A stretch of DNA of 60,301 bases from a virus (Duplodnaviria > Caudoviricetes). The notes beneath the pieces are model-generated. The model saw only the letters and a list, made by a program, of their open reading frames with translations, was not told where the DNA came from and did not search any database. Both the position numbers and the translations under genes were made by a program. Shown one piece after another: positions 46,000 through 55,987 of the stretch. The stretch lies in the IMG/VR virus record IMGVR_UViG_3300042520_001556, positions 1 to 60,301 of that record; one strand, given 5' to 3'. Every line of letters starts with the position of its first letter. Positions within the stretch are counted from its first letter, which is position 1.

Positions 46000-47090
46000 T
46001 GGCTGAAGAGTTTGGCCCAGACCAGGAGCTGGCGTCCCGGGCCGAGCGGCTTCGGCAGGCCCGCCTTGCACTGGCTAAGATCCGCCAGCCTGAGTGGCAG
46101 CTGCGGGAGGGCCTTGGGCTTCCCTACGGCCCACTGCTCCCCGGCCAGGACGTGGCGGTAGCCCGGGCGGACTCGCAGGCATACTACGGCAGCCCCGAAG
46201 CCGGGGCTGTGGAGTTTGCGGAGAAGTCTCTGGAGCAAGGCGTCGAAGACCACCCCCAAAACCTCCTGGCCTCTGCCATGGCCGGCGCGGAGAAGGTGCG
46301 GGTGCCGGAGCTGTCAGGTTTTCAGTGGGCGTACGCCAACCCCAGCCTACTGACCGCCGTGCCGCGGTCGGACGACGATAGGCTGGCTAACGCCCGCCAG
46401 ATGTACATCCTGGACAAGATTCGACCTCACACTCAGCGGCACCCACCCGGCAGCCCCCTTGCGATTGACAACTACTACGGCCCCGGGAAGGACATCCTGG
46501 CGGACGCCATGGTGGAAGACAGGTACTTCCAGGAAAATCCGGCCATCCGCAAGATGCTGGCATCCCCCTATGAGTACGTGCCGGACGGTTATTCGCCGGA
46601 AATGGAGAAGCTATCGCCCGAGCAGCTAATCACTGACCCGCTGAACCGCGCCACTAGCGCAGTGTATGGCGGCCTGTCGCGGTTCTCTGACAACTACCTC
46701 GCTTTCGGGCGGGACATGGCGCGCGGGCAGGGCGGATCTGCCTTCAAGGACTTTGTTTACGGAATCCCCAACCTTGTCAGTCCGGTTTTCCACCGCGGTG
46801 GTCCCGGGTCCGAGCAGGACTGGCGGCCTGATGCCGGTTCGATGGCCGCGCCTATTGAAGTGGCCGGCCAGCTGCCGTTCTTGTTTTACCGGGGCGTCAT
46901 GCCCAAGCGAGCCTTGCCGGCCGGAGAGCGAATCCGCCAGCTGGTCGATCCGGACGTACTGAACGCCGCATACAGGTCCGCGGCCCGGCGTCACCACCCG
47001 GACGTGGGCGGCACCACCGAGGCCATGCAGATGCTCAACCGCCTGCGAGACATGGGCGACGTGCAGGGCATCGCTCGCATGGCTCAGTGA
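45999..47090 (+). CDS. Protein with C-terminal J-domain-like segment
   Basis: LNAAYRSAARRHHPDVGG..EAMQMLN (HPD motif). Confidence 0.75.
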   Translation: MAEEFGPDQELASRAERLRQARLALAKIRQPEWQLREGLGLPYGPLLPGQDVAVARADSQAYYGSPEAGAVEFAEKSLEQGVEDHPQNLLASAMAGAEKVRVPELSGFQWAYANPSLLTAVPRSDDDRLANARQMYILDKIRPHTQRHPPGSPLAIDNYYGPGKDILADAMVEDRYFQENPAIRKMLASPYEYVPDGYSPEMEKLSPEQLITDPLNRATSAVYGGLSRFSDNYLAFGRDMARGQGGSAFKDFVYGIPNLVSPVFHRGGPGSEQDWRPDAGSMAAPIEVAGQLPFLFYRGVMPKRALPAGERIRQLVDPDVLNAAYRSAARRHHPDVGGTTEAMQMLNRLRDMGDVQGIARMAQ

Positions 47091-47162
47091 AAATCGGATT
47101 ACGCCCCAGGCATTCCGGGCATTCTTTCCACAGGCAACCCCCCCTAGCCTGAAAGGAAAGAC

Positions 47163-48167
47163 ATGAGCGAAGAGATCCAGCAGGTTGACTCGCCGGAGAT
47201 GCCGGCACCTGAGGTTCCTTCCCAGTCCTTTGACAATCCGACACCGCAGCACACGCCGGCCCCCGCCGGTAGTGTGTACGACGCCTTCAAGGCGCTCCCT
47301 GAGTTTCAGGGCGCCGACGACGTGTCCATCGCCCGCACGCTGTATCAGTCGATGCAGGGCTACCAGCAGGCCCAGAGCCAGCTCCGCCAGTATCAGGAAA
47401 CGATGCCGGCGACGATGGAGTACATGCAGAACCGGCAGCGTTACCAGGAATGGGTGAACGCTCAGCAGGCTCAGCAGCAGAAGGCCGCCGAGCCGCCGAA
47501 GTGGTGGAACCCGCCCCAGGTCAAGGACACCTGGCGGAACTACATCATCCGCGACCCGCAGACGGGCAAAGAGGTCATCGACGCCAACGCTCCGCTGGAA
47601 GCCAAGATGGCGCTCCAGGAGTATCAGACCTACACGGCCGACTTCGCCAAGCGATTCGTCACCAACCCCGAAGACACGCTCAAGCCATTTGTCGAACAGG
47701 TGGCCATGCAGAAGGCCCAGGAGCTGGTTCAACAGCACCTTGGCCAATACACCGCACAAAACTACGTCCAGAGCCTGGAGCAGCAGAACGCTGACTGGCT
47801 CTACGACCAACGAGGCCAGGTCAGTCCGGAGGGCCGGGCGATCCAGGGCTACATCGATCAAGCGGCGAAGTCAGGGATCTCGTCTCCCGATGCCCGGTGG
47901 CAGTACGCCACCAGCATGCTGGAGCGGGACCTGCTGAACCTTCGCTACCAGCAGATGATGGCAGGCATGCAGCAGCCTCCTCCTCCCCAGGAGATGGCGC
48001 CTCCGCCAGCAGAGCCGGTAGCACAATCGAACATGCAGTTCCTGAGGGAGCGTGCCACTCGCACGCCCAGCAGGAGCGGCGGGGCATCGGAGCCGCGGGC
48101 TCCGCGGCCGAAGATGACCTTGGAAGAGCGCCTCAAGAGCCAGCTTGTGAAAGACGGCCTGATCTAG
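47163..48167 (+). CDS. Putative capsid scaffolding protein
   Basis: Gln-rich helical protein directly upstream of the major capsid gene. Confidence 0.7.
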   Translation: MSEEIQQVDSPEMPAPEVPSQSFDNPTPQHTPAPAGSVYDAFKALPEFQGADDVSIARTLYQSMQGYQQAQSQLRQYQETMPATMEYMQNRQRYQEWVNAQQAQQQKAAEPPKWWNPPQVKDTWRNYIIRDPQTGKEVIDANAPLEAKMALQEYQTYTADFAKRFVTNPEDTLKPFVEQVAMQKAQELVQQHLGQYTAQNYVQSLEQQNADWLYDQRGQVSPEGRAIQGYIDQAAKSGISSPDARWQYATSMLERDLLNLRYQQMMAGMQQPPPPQEMAPPPAEPVAQSNMQFLRERATRTPSRSGGASEPRAPRPKMTLEERLKSQLVKDGLI

Positions 48168-48176
48168 GAGTAAGAA

Positions 48177-49283
48177 ATGCCGAGTACGACCGACTTCGCT
48201 CGTTCTATCGCCACTACGCTGGTTAACCACCTGCGTGAGGAGGAGATTGCGTCCCTTCGCAAGTACATGGTGTTCGCCGCCATCGAAAGCCGTGGCAACA
48301 TCCGGATGAACATGTCCGGCCGCGGCTTCGATTGGGAGGTGTCGTACCGCCTGCATCAGCCGCAGGGGAACAACGGAGAAACGCCGCGTTCCTTCAGCCG
48401 TCAGAACCTCTGGAAGAAGGCGGAGCTGGAGTACCGGGGCTACCAGGCCACGGACGCCATCTTCCGCAAGGAGCTTCTGGAGAACCGGGGCACCAACGCC
48501 CTGGTGAACGTGGCTGGCAAGATGAGCAGCCGGCTGCTCACCAGCATCGAACAGTACCTGGCCAATGAGATCTACATTGACGGGTCGGCCGCCGGCAATG
48601 AGCTGAGATACCACGGCCTGGAAAGTTTTTTCGGCACCAACGGCACGCTGAACGTGGCCACGGGTGCCCAGCGGTCGGCCAACGCGGCGGACCCGTTCGG
48701 CTCGCCGTCTGACAGCTACGCCTCGCTTAACACGGGGCTGGGCTTCTACGGCGGCTCGCAGCTGGAGGGCGTCTGGCCCGCCGGCAAGGCTGACAGCGAG
48801 TATGACTTCTACAGCCCGCTGGTGGTGAACTACACCAGCACGTACTTCGGCGGCAGTAGCTGGGCTGCCAACTGCGTGAAGGCTCTCCGTGAGGGCCTCC
48901 ATTTTGCCAAGCGGAATGACACCAAGGAAGACGCCGTCGATCTGGTGGTCATGGACCGGAAGTTGTACATCGACTTCCTGAACGCCCAGGACGCCAAGGA
49001 GCGGGTGACGATCTCCAGCGAGAACAGCCTGAAGAGCTACGGCTTCAACACCGTGCAGCTGGACGGCGTGGAGCTGGGCACGGAGTACGCGGTGCCGGCC
49101 AACTGTGCGTACGGCCTTGCGGTTGGGAACATCGAACTCCTGAACATGGAGGGACAGATGTACAACAGTGAGGGCCCCTTCTACGACGAGACTACGCAGT
49201 CTTATCGTTACTGTGTGTCCACTCTTGGCAACCTGAAGTTCAAGTCGCCTCGTAACTTTATCAAGTGGGTCAACCTCGCCTGA
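48177..49283 (+). CDS. Major capsid protein
   Basis: 368 aa; HK97-type features (IYIDG, GLES, GF..V.LDGVE, GNL...SPR); position. Confidence 0.85.
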   Translation: MPSTTDFARSIATTLVNHLREEEIASLRKYMVFAAIESRGNIRMNMSGRGFDWEVSYRLHQPQGNNGETPRSFSRQNLWKKAELEYRGYQATDAIFRKELLENRGTNALVNVAGKMSSRLLTSIEQYLANEIYIDGSAAGNELRYHGLESFFGTNGTLNVATGAQRSANAADPFGSPSDSYASLNTGLGFYGGSQLEGVWPAGKADSEYDFYSPLVVNYTSTYFGGSSWAANCVKALREGLHFAKRNDTKEDAVDLVVMDRKLYIDFLNAQDAKERVTISSENSLKSYGFNTVQLDGVELGTEYAVPANCAYGLAVGNIELLNMEGQMYNSEGPFYDETTQSYRYCVSTLGNLKFKSPRNFIKWVNLA

Positions 49284-49300
49284 CCATAGGAGCAGCCTGA

Positions 49301-49855
49301 ATGTCACTGAACGTAGATCCTCCCTTCGCTCTTGGCCAGACCCTTGGCGTGTCGTCCACCGCGGACGGCGTCGGCTGGGTGGGCGTGGTGAAGCAGTTTC
49401 CTGACGTGAATCCCGTTACGGGCAAGATCCGGTCGAATCGGGTCAAGACCTGCATCGCCGTGCGGAACGTCTCTGGCGTCACCCTCCTGCCCAAGCGGGT
49501 GGTGACGTTTAAGAGCGGCTCGCTCTCGGAGGTGGACGGCTATACCCGTCTCACGGACGCCGCGTCGGCCGGCGTGGTGGACGAGCATATCCCGGCATCG
49601 GGCGTGGCCAACAACGATGTGTTCTGGGTCACGGTCAACGGCCCGACTGAGATCAAGCTGGGCCCTGCCCAGGAGGCTGCGGTGGATACCTCGCTTGTCG
49701 CCCTCACGGCGGCGGCCAGCACCCACAGCACCACCGCTGGCCAGGCCCAGACTGCCGCGGCCACGTTCCTCCAGGCTGGCTACATCGGCCGGGCGCTCTC
49801 GGCCGGCACTACGGGCCAGAACGTCCTGGCGGTAGTTAACCTCGTCCGGAGTTAA
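49301..49855 (+). CDS. Putative capsid decoration / cement protein
   Basis: GVVDE.I...V..NDVFWV.V.GP; follows the capsid gene. Confidence 0.6.
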   Translation: MSLNVDPPFALGQTLGVSSTADGVGWVGVVKQFPDVNPVTGKIRSNRVKTCIAVRNVSGVTLLPKRVVTFKSGSLSEVDGYTRLTDAASAGVVDEHIPASGVANNDVFWVTVNGPTEIKLGPAQEAAVDTSLVALTAAASTHSTTAGQAQTAAATFLQAGYIGRALSAGTTGQNVLAVVNLVRS

Positions 49856-49857
49856 GC

Positions 49858-50124
49858 ATGAGCGCCGACGCCAATCTCTTGCGGAAAATCGTCATCGGCC
49901 TGGCTGACCAGCAGGCCGGTGACGAGGTGGGGGCGGTGATTCGCCACACCACCGGCAATGTCACCGCGCTGACGGTAGCGCCGACCTCGCTCCGCCTGGG
50001 CGTGACGGGCGGCACGGTGGCGTTCTTTGGCGGCACGGGTTCGACCCGGGCCACCAGTGCGGCCGTGACGGACTTTGCCACGCTGAAGGTAGCCCTCCAG
50101 AACTACGGCCTGGTTGGAACTTGA
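49858..50124 (+). CDS. Small virion-type protein
   Basis: VAFFG...ALQNYGLV. Confidence 0.6.
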   Translation: MSADANLLRKIVIGLADQQAGDEVGAVIRHTTGNVTALTVAPTSLRLGVTGGTVAFFGGTGSTRATSAAVTDFATLKVALQNYGLVGT

Positions 50125-50152
50125 TACGTGCCCTTTCGGGGGCTAGGGGGAG

Positions 50153-50186
50153 GCCTCTGACCTGGGCAACCGGGTCAGAGGCTTTT
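50153..50186 (+). terminator. Intrinsic terminator after the capsid operon
   Basis: GCCTCTGACCTGG-GCAA-CCGGGTCAGAGGC-TTTT. Confidence 0.85.
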
Positions 50187-50191
50187 CTATT

Positions 50192-50338
50192 ATGGACGAC
50201 TCCGCAATCCAGAATCTGGACTACCTCCGAGAGCTGATCGCCCTGGTGCGAGGCAGCGAGATGGAGGACATGGCCCGCCTGCGGATGATCTACGGCATGG
50301 GGGTGGGGACGGACGCAGTGACTGAGGAGGATCGCTAG
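50192..50338 (+). CDS. 48-aa hypothetical protein (not in ORF track)
   Basis: MDDSAIQNLDYLRELIALVRG...; stop overlaps the next GTG. Confidence 0.55.
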   Translation: MDDSAIQNLDYLRELIALVRGSEMEDMARLRMIYGMGVGTDAVTEEDR

Positions 50339-52350
50339 TGGGAGACGCCATAAACCCAATCACGGGGCGACATCTCTCTGGCCGTCCGGCTGGAAGAGGC
50401 GCAGCGCAGACGGCGTGGGACCAAGCCAATCCTAACTACTTCACCACAGGTGCCGGTTCGTTCCTCCCCTCGCAGCAGACGCAGCAGATGGCCGACAGCT
50501 ACAAGCAGCGTATTGGCTCCGGCCAGACGGGGTTGACTCGCGGCCCTGAGAGCCTTGCATACCAGCAAGTGTATGGCGGTGGTCCTGGCGGCGCTAGCAA
50601 TGGCTACCTGCAAGACGGCGGCGTTGACGCTCGCAAGATCGACGGCCAGATCGCAGACCCGAGGTATCGCCAGGGCCCGCAGTCGAATGCCGGCGGAGGA
50701 GCGTATGCGGCCTATCGCCCAGGCCAGGCCCAATCCCAGCAGAGCCCCTACGCCAACTCCACGGCATACGGGCAGTCCGTGAGCAACACGCCCAACGTCC
50801 AGGGCGGGCAGATGCACTCCTTCTACAGCCAGCCCGCAGGCCAGGGCCCCGCCTTCCAGCAGCAGATGCCCTCCTTCCAGTTCGCTGGCGGCACGGACTG
50901 GATGGGCAACCAGTACACCGACCCCAACGCCATGATGGCCCAGACAGGAGCCATGGCGCTGGCGTTGAACCAGCAACGTCAGGGCATGATGGGCCAGGGG
51001 CAGTTTGGATCCCTGAATCCCCAGATGGCCTACAACCAGGGCATGGAGATGCTCCAGCAGGGCTGGCAAAATCCGTTTGCCCAGCAGCCCCAAGACCCGG
51101 GCGGCAACATCCGCGACCTGATTCAGGGGCCGCAGCCGGGCAAGCCGGGCCCCACGCCTGGCCTGCCTTCGGGCCTGTATCGCCCAGACCGCATGAAGGT
51201 TGACCGTGGGCCAGACTGGCATACCACCTATTACAACCCATCGACCGGCGAGACTTTCGACTCCTACAAAAACACAGTCCGGCCCGAAGAGGGGTCCGGG
51301 TGGGTTAACCAAGGCCGCCAGCGGACCCAGGAGGCCGCACCCGAGATTCCAGACGCACGCGGCGGATTTACCCCCCCCGGCCAGGCCCAGCCCGCCCAAG
51401 ACCCCTACGGCTCGTCCACGCCGTACCGCATCAACGACTACGATCCGATGAGGTCCGACTACGGCATTAACGAGACGATGTATAGGCCCTGGATGGACAA
51501 AGACGGGGTGGCCCGCGATCCCATGAATGGGGAGCGGGACATGGACATGGATGGGGTAGTTGACCGAAGCCCGCCCCCCGGCGGCGGCCCCGGCCGTCCG
51601 ATCAACCGCCCGCCGCCCACTGCCGAGCAGTTCCGCCAAGACCGGCAGGAGCAACAGCAAAGGCAGTCCGTGAACGACCTGTACCGCCGGGCCAACCTCC
51701 AGCCCGGTGCGTCCACGGACGAGCTGATGCTGGGGCTGATTAACAACAGCCGAGGCGGGACGCTTGTGCGGCCGGAAGAGATGGCTGGCCTGCCTGCGGA
51801 TATCCGTGGGGCAGTGTCTCAGTACCAGGATCTGGCTGGCATGGCGCAGGGCTTGGATCGGTCCACGGCTCCCGGCGCCCAGCAACGCCGGCAGGACATT
51901 GGCGCTGCCATGGAGCAGATGAAGAGCCGCATGACCGAGCGCGCCCAAGCCTCCCAGGCCCTCCAGCGGGACTATGGAATGTCGCCGGCCGACGCCGCCG
52001 CCTGGGTGAACCGTGAAATGCCCATGCCCGACCAGGCCGCAACCATGCGGGGGCTGGAGCAAAAGCAGACGGCGTACCGGGACCAGGCGAGGTCTGCCTC
52101 GCTGGACAGGCGGGCCAAGCAGGATATGGAGGCCGCCAAGCCCAAGGCTCCGTCAGCCACCGACCAGTGGAACCGGATTAAGGCGACGACGAACACGCAG
52201 ACCAAGCCCCTGTCTCCGGCCCACCAGCGGGTCTACGAGGCCATGGTAGCCGAGCAGATGAAGTCCAGGGGCATGGGCGACACCTGGACTTCAACGGGCA
52301 GTCCGATTGCCAACTGGGGCCGGGCCAGGAACGCACGGCGAGGGCCCTGA
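50338..52350 (+). CDS. Gln/Gly/Pro-rich low-complexity protein, possibly virion-internal
   Basis: 670-aa ORF with GGAGG RBS. Confidence 0.65.
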   Translation: MGDAINPITGRHLSGRPAGRGAAQTAWDQANPNYFTTGAGSFLPSQQTQQMADSYKQRIGSGQTGLTRGPESLAYQQVYGGGPGGASNGYLQDGGVDARKIDGQIADPRYRQGPQSNAGGGAYAAYRPGQAQSQQSPYANSTAYGQSVSNTPNVQGGQMHSFYSQPAGQGPAFQQQMPSFQFAGGTDWMGNQYTDPNAMMAQTGAMALALNQQRQGMMGQGQFGSLNPQMAYNQGMEMLQQGWQNPFAQQPQDPGGNIRDLIQGPQPGKPGPTPGLPSGLYRPDRMKVDRGPDWHTTYYNPSTGETFDSYKNTVRPEEGSGWVNQGRQRTQEAAPEIPDARGGFTPPGQAQPAQDPYGSSTPYRINDYDPMRSDYGINETMYRPWMDKDGVARDPMNGERDMDMDGVVDRSPPPGGGPGRPINRPPPTAEQFRQDRQEQQQRQSVNDLYRRANLQPGASTDELMLGLINNSRGGTLVRPEEMAGLPADIRGAVSQYQDLAGMAQGLDRSTAPGAQQRRQDIGAAMEQMKSRMTERAQASQALQRDYGMSPADAAAWVNREMPMPDQAATMRGLEQKQTAYRDQARSASLDRRAKQDMEAAKPKAPSATDQWNRIKATTNTQTKPLSPAHQRVYEAMVAEQMKSRGMGDTWTSTGSPIANWGRARNARRGP

Positions 52351-52413
52351 ATCCGCTAGCGGCCATCTGTTCAGTTCTATATACTTGTCCACCTCCCCCC
52401 CCTAAGGTGACAC

Positions 52414-53805
52414 ATGCAGCAGAAGTTTAACGTCGGCATCGTTACGTTCTCTTACGGCGGCAACGGCGGGATTTCCTCTGAAGTCCCCGACATCCGAGAG
52501 TGGATGGTCCCGCTGGTGGCCAACGCCTCCAAGGATCCCCGGATCGACCAGATCCGCATCTGGAACCTGGCGGATACGCCGATCACCATGACTCGCAACC
52601 GGGCAGTCATGCAGGCCCGTCAGTTCGGCGTGGACTGTCTCATCATGGTGGACAGCGACATGAAGCCAGACATGCTCGCCGGCCAGGCGGACGCCAAGCC
52701 GTTCTTCGACTCGTCGTTCGACTTCTTCGTCAACCACTACCACAAGGGGCCGTGCGTCATCGGGGTGCCATACTGCGGCCCGCCCCCTGTGGAGTGCGTG
52801 TACGTGTTCCGGTGGAACAACCTCCAGTCCCAGAACCCAGGGCCGGACTTCCAGCTGGAGATGTACGACCGGCACACGGCCGTGAAGATGGCCGGCATCC
52901 AAGAGTGCGCTGCGCTTCCCACCGGGCTGATCATGTACGACATGCGGGTCTTTGAACTCACTGAGCCCAAGACCCCGGAAGACAAGCCATGGTTCTATTA
53001 CGAGTGGAAGGACATGTACGCCGCCGAGAAGGCGTCCACTGAAGACGTAACCATGACCCGGGACGTGTCCTTGGTGGGCGCGCAGAAGCTGGGCTACAAC
53101 CCCGTGTACTGCAACTGGGACGCCTGGGCCGGTCACTGGAAACCCAAGTGCGTGGGCAAGCCCCAGGTGATCACCGCCGAGGGCGTGTCCAAGAAGATGA
53201 AGGACTGCTGGGAGGCGAATGTAGAAAGTGGAGTCAAGATTGTTGACTTCAAATCCCCCGTCCTGGACAAGCTGCCCAAGCCGTTCGACGGCATGGGGAT
53301 GGAGCTTCCGGGCGAGGACGCCAACGCCCTGACCGCCATGGTGACGCAGTTCATCAAAGACCACGGCCACGCACCAACGGTGTGTGAGGTCGGTTCATGG
53401 GCCGGCAGGAGTGCCATCATCATGGCCAAGGCTGGGGCCAAGGTGACCTGCGTGGATACGTGGGAGGGCTCAAAGAACGACGACGGCTGCAAGGCATACG
53501 ACGGCTCCAGGGGCCGACCGCTACATGTGTTTTTCCGCAACACCGCCGGGCTCCCCATCACAGCCCACGTTGGCAGGTCGCCGGATGCGGCCAGGGATTT
53601 CGATGATCATTCATTCGACATCGTCTACATCGATGCCGAGCATGACTACGAATCGGTCAAGGCCGACATCGCAGCCTGGAGGCCCAAGGCCAGGCATGTC
53701 TTGGCGGGCCATGACTACGGCTGTTTTCCTGACGTACGGCGAGCCGTGAAGGATTCCGGCATCACCCCGCACGTCGAAGGCAACGTCTGGATGACGCAAG
53801 TGTGA
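52414..53805 (+). CDS. Glycosyltransferase-A-like domain fused to a class I SAM methyltransferase
   Basis: TRN.AV...MVDSDM...TGL...TED; then EVGSWAGRS, VDTW, DIVYIDAEHDYESV..D, LAGHDY. Confidence 0.8.
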   Translation: MQQKFNVGIVTFSYGGNGGISSEVPDIREWMVPLVANASKDPRIDQIRIWNLADTPITMTRNRAVMQARQFGVDCLIMVDSDMKPDMLAGQADAKPFFDSSFDFFVNHYHKGPCVIGVPYCGPPPVECVYVFRWNNLQSQNPGPDFQLEMYDRHTAVKMAGIQECAALPTGLIMYDMRVFELTEPKTPEDKPWFYYEWKDMYAAEKASTEDVTMTRDVSLVGAQKLGYNPVYCNWDAWAGHWKPKCVGKPQVITAEGVSKKMKDCWEANVESGVKIVDFKSPVLDKLPKPFDGMGMELPGEDANALTAMVTQFIKDHGHAPTVCEVGSWAGRSAIIMAKAGAKVTCVDTWEGSKNDDGCKAYDGSRGRPLHVFFRNTAGLPITAHVGRSPDAARDFDDHSFDIVYIDAEHDYESVKADIAAWRPKARHVLAGHDYGCFPDVRRAVKDSGITPHVEGNVWMTQV

Positions 53806-53808
53806 CGC

Positions 53809-54336
53809 ATGGACGGCACCAAACGCTGCACCAAGTGCCAGAAGGAGCTGCCGGCCCATGCCTTCCATGTGGCCGAAGACGGCCGGCGGCACGCCATGTG
53901 CAAGACCTGCCGCTCCGAGCGGGAGCGGAAGCGAAGGAAAAAGGGCAAGGATGAGCGGCTGGATCGGATCGAAGCCGACGCGGTGGACGCCTTCTGCCAG
54001 GTGGCTCGCCTGGGAGGGAGCAACGTCCCCCACTCAGCCGAGCTGGTGGAGACGATCCTGGAGTACATGGGCGGCGTGGCTGGGTTCAGTAACCTGTTCA
54101 TGAAGCAGTATTACGACTCCCCTCCTGGCGGCGCTCACCGGACCAGGATGCTGGAAACGATGGTACGGCTGGTGACGAACAACACCGCCATGGGCGGTGC
54201 CAAGAAACCCCTGTCGCACTGGTCCGAAGAAGAGCTGGACGACGAGCTGCGGCAGCGGCTGCTAGAGACGGCGACTGTGATCAACGCCCTGCCGGCCCCG
54301 GAGAAGCGTGAAAAAGCACCCGCGCAAGATACCTGA
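53809..54336 (+). CDS. Putative terminase small subunit (N-terminal zinc ribbon)
   Basis: CTKC...CKTC; WSEEELDDEL C-terminus; directly upstream of and overlapping terL. Confidence 0.5.
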   Translation: MDGTKRCTKCQKELPAHAFHVAEDGRRHAMCKTCRSERERKRRKKGKDERLDRIEADAVDAFCQVARLGGSNVPHSAELVETILEYMGGVAGFSNLFMKQYYDSPPGGAHRTRMLETMVRLVTNNTAMGGAKKPLSHWSEEELDDELRQRLLETATVINALPAPEKREKAPAQDT

Positions 54337-55987
54337 ACAGCCGAAGCCTCCGGTTGTTCCTGGCATTACCCAGCACCGCCTGAACGTCCTGAAGGAGGTT
54401 CAGGCAGAGCTGAAGAGCCGCAAGATAGAGGCCCTCCGGCTGTACAAGCCGATGCCGCACCAGGAGGAGATGCACGCCTGTCTGGCGTCTGAGCGTGTGG
54501 TGCTTGGCGGCAACCGATCCGGCAAGAGCCTCAGCACCTTCGTAGAGGACGCCCGGGCCCTGACGGGCCAGGACCCGTACGGCAAGTACCCCGCAGAGGG
54601 CGGGAACCTGGTGGTGATCGGCAGGAACTGGCCACACATTGGCCTGGTCTGCTACCCCATGCTGTTCAAGGCCGGGGCGTTCAAGATCATCAAGGACCTA
54701 GAGACTGGAGCGTGGCGAGCCTTCAATCCCGTCACAGACGCCGAGCGGAAGAAGGACGCCAAGCCTGCTCCGCCGCTCGTCCCGCCCAGGTTCGTAGAAG
54801 AGACATCCTGGGTCCTGAAGAACGCCGGCTACTGCCAGCGTGTCGTCCTGTCGAACGGCTGGACGGTTCATTTCTTCTCCTCAGAAGGTGAGCCGCCCCA
54901 GGGTTTTCAGGCCGATTTGGTACACCTGGACGAGGATATATCTAACCCCGCGTGGGTGGGGGAGATGCAGGCCCGTCTTGCTGACCGTAAGGGCCGCTTG
55001 CTGTGGAGTGCGATGCCACATTCCAAGAACGATGCCTTGCTGGGGCTGTGTGAGCGGGCCGACAAGGAACTGGAGGAGCGGAGAGATCCGCCCCGCATCA
55101 AGAAGTTCACCTTCCGGTTCCTGGACAACGCCCACATTGACGCGGAGGAGAAGGAGAAGAACATCTCCCGCTGGTCTTCTCTTGGCATAGACGAGCTTCG
55201 CATGCGGGCGGAGGGCGAGTTCACCCAGGACTCCATCCTGATGTACCCGTCCTTCAATCCCACGGTCCACACCTTCCCCCGGGAGGCCTTGCCGTCCGGC
55301 ATTCCGCCGGAGTGGACTCGCTACGTGTCCATCGACCCTGGCCACACAGTGATGGCATGCTTGTTCGGTGCCGTCCCGCCCGACGAGAAGATGCTGCTCA
55401 TCTATGACGAGCTGTACATCCGCAACGCCAACGCCCTGATCTGGGGCGAGGAGTTTGCCAAGAAGGCCCAGGACCAGCACTTCTACGCTCTCATCATGGA
55501 CATGCACGGTGGCACGCTGCGGGACCTTGGGTCCGGCCGGCTGCCGTGCGACCTGTATTCGGAGCAACTCCGGGACCGCGGCATCCGGGCCCAGATGACG
55601 GGCCACCAGTTCATCCCCGGCTCCGACGACATTCCCGCCCGTACCGCCCTGGTCCGCCAGATGCTGCACATCCGGGGCGACGGCAGCACGCAGCTGAAGT
55701 TCCTGGAGGGGGCCACGCCGGAGCTGATGCGGGAGCTGAAGCGATACAAGAAGAAGGTGATCCAGAGCAACTCCGGGCCGTTCATCACGGACGTGCCCAA
55801 CACGCGGGGCGACGTGCATGCCGTCCAGTGCTTGGAGTACCTCTGTGCCTACGAGCCGAAGTACCACCAGCCGCCCCTGAGGCCTGGCAAGGAGCCGTGG
55901 TACGTGAAATGGCTGGCGGAGAAGAAGAAACGCCAGGGAGACGATGGCAAGGGTTATGTGGTCTTAGGTCCTAGCAGAAAGGGATGA
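54308..55987 (+). CDS. terL: Terminase large subunit
   Basis: GGNRSGKS Walker A, VHLDED Walker B, SIDPG nuclease motif. Confidence 0.92.
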   Translation: MKKHPRKIPEQPKPPVVPGITQHRLNVLKEVQAELKSRKIEALRLYKPMPHQEEMHACLASERVVLGGNRSGKSLSTFVEDARALTGQDPYGKYPAEGGNLVVIGRNWPHIGLVCYPMLFKAGAFKIIKDLETGAWRAFNPVTDAERKKDAKPAPPLVPPRFVEETSWVLKNAGYCQRVVLSNGWTVHFFSSEGEPPQGFQADLVHLDEDISNPAWVGEMQARLADRKGRLLWSAMPHSKNDALLGLCERADKELEERRDPPRIKKFTFRFLDNAHIDAEEKEKNISRWSSLGIDELRMRAEGEFTQDSILMYPSFNPTVHTFPREALPSGIPPEWTRYVSIDPGHTVMACLFGAVPPDEKMLLIYDELYIRNANALIWGEEFAKKAQDQHFYALIMDMHGGTLRDLGSGRLPCDLYSEQLRDRGIRAQMTGHQFIPGSDDIPARTALVRQMLHIRGDGSTQLKFLEGATPELMRELKRYKKKVIQSNSGPFITDVPNTRGDVHAVQCLEYLCAYEPKYHQPPLRPGKEPWYVKWLAEKKKRQGDDGKGYVVLGPSRKG

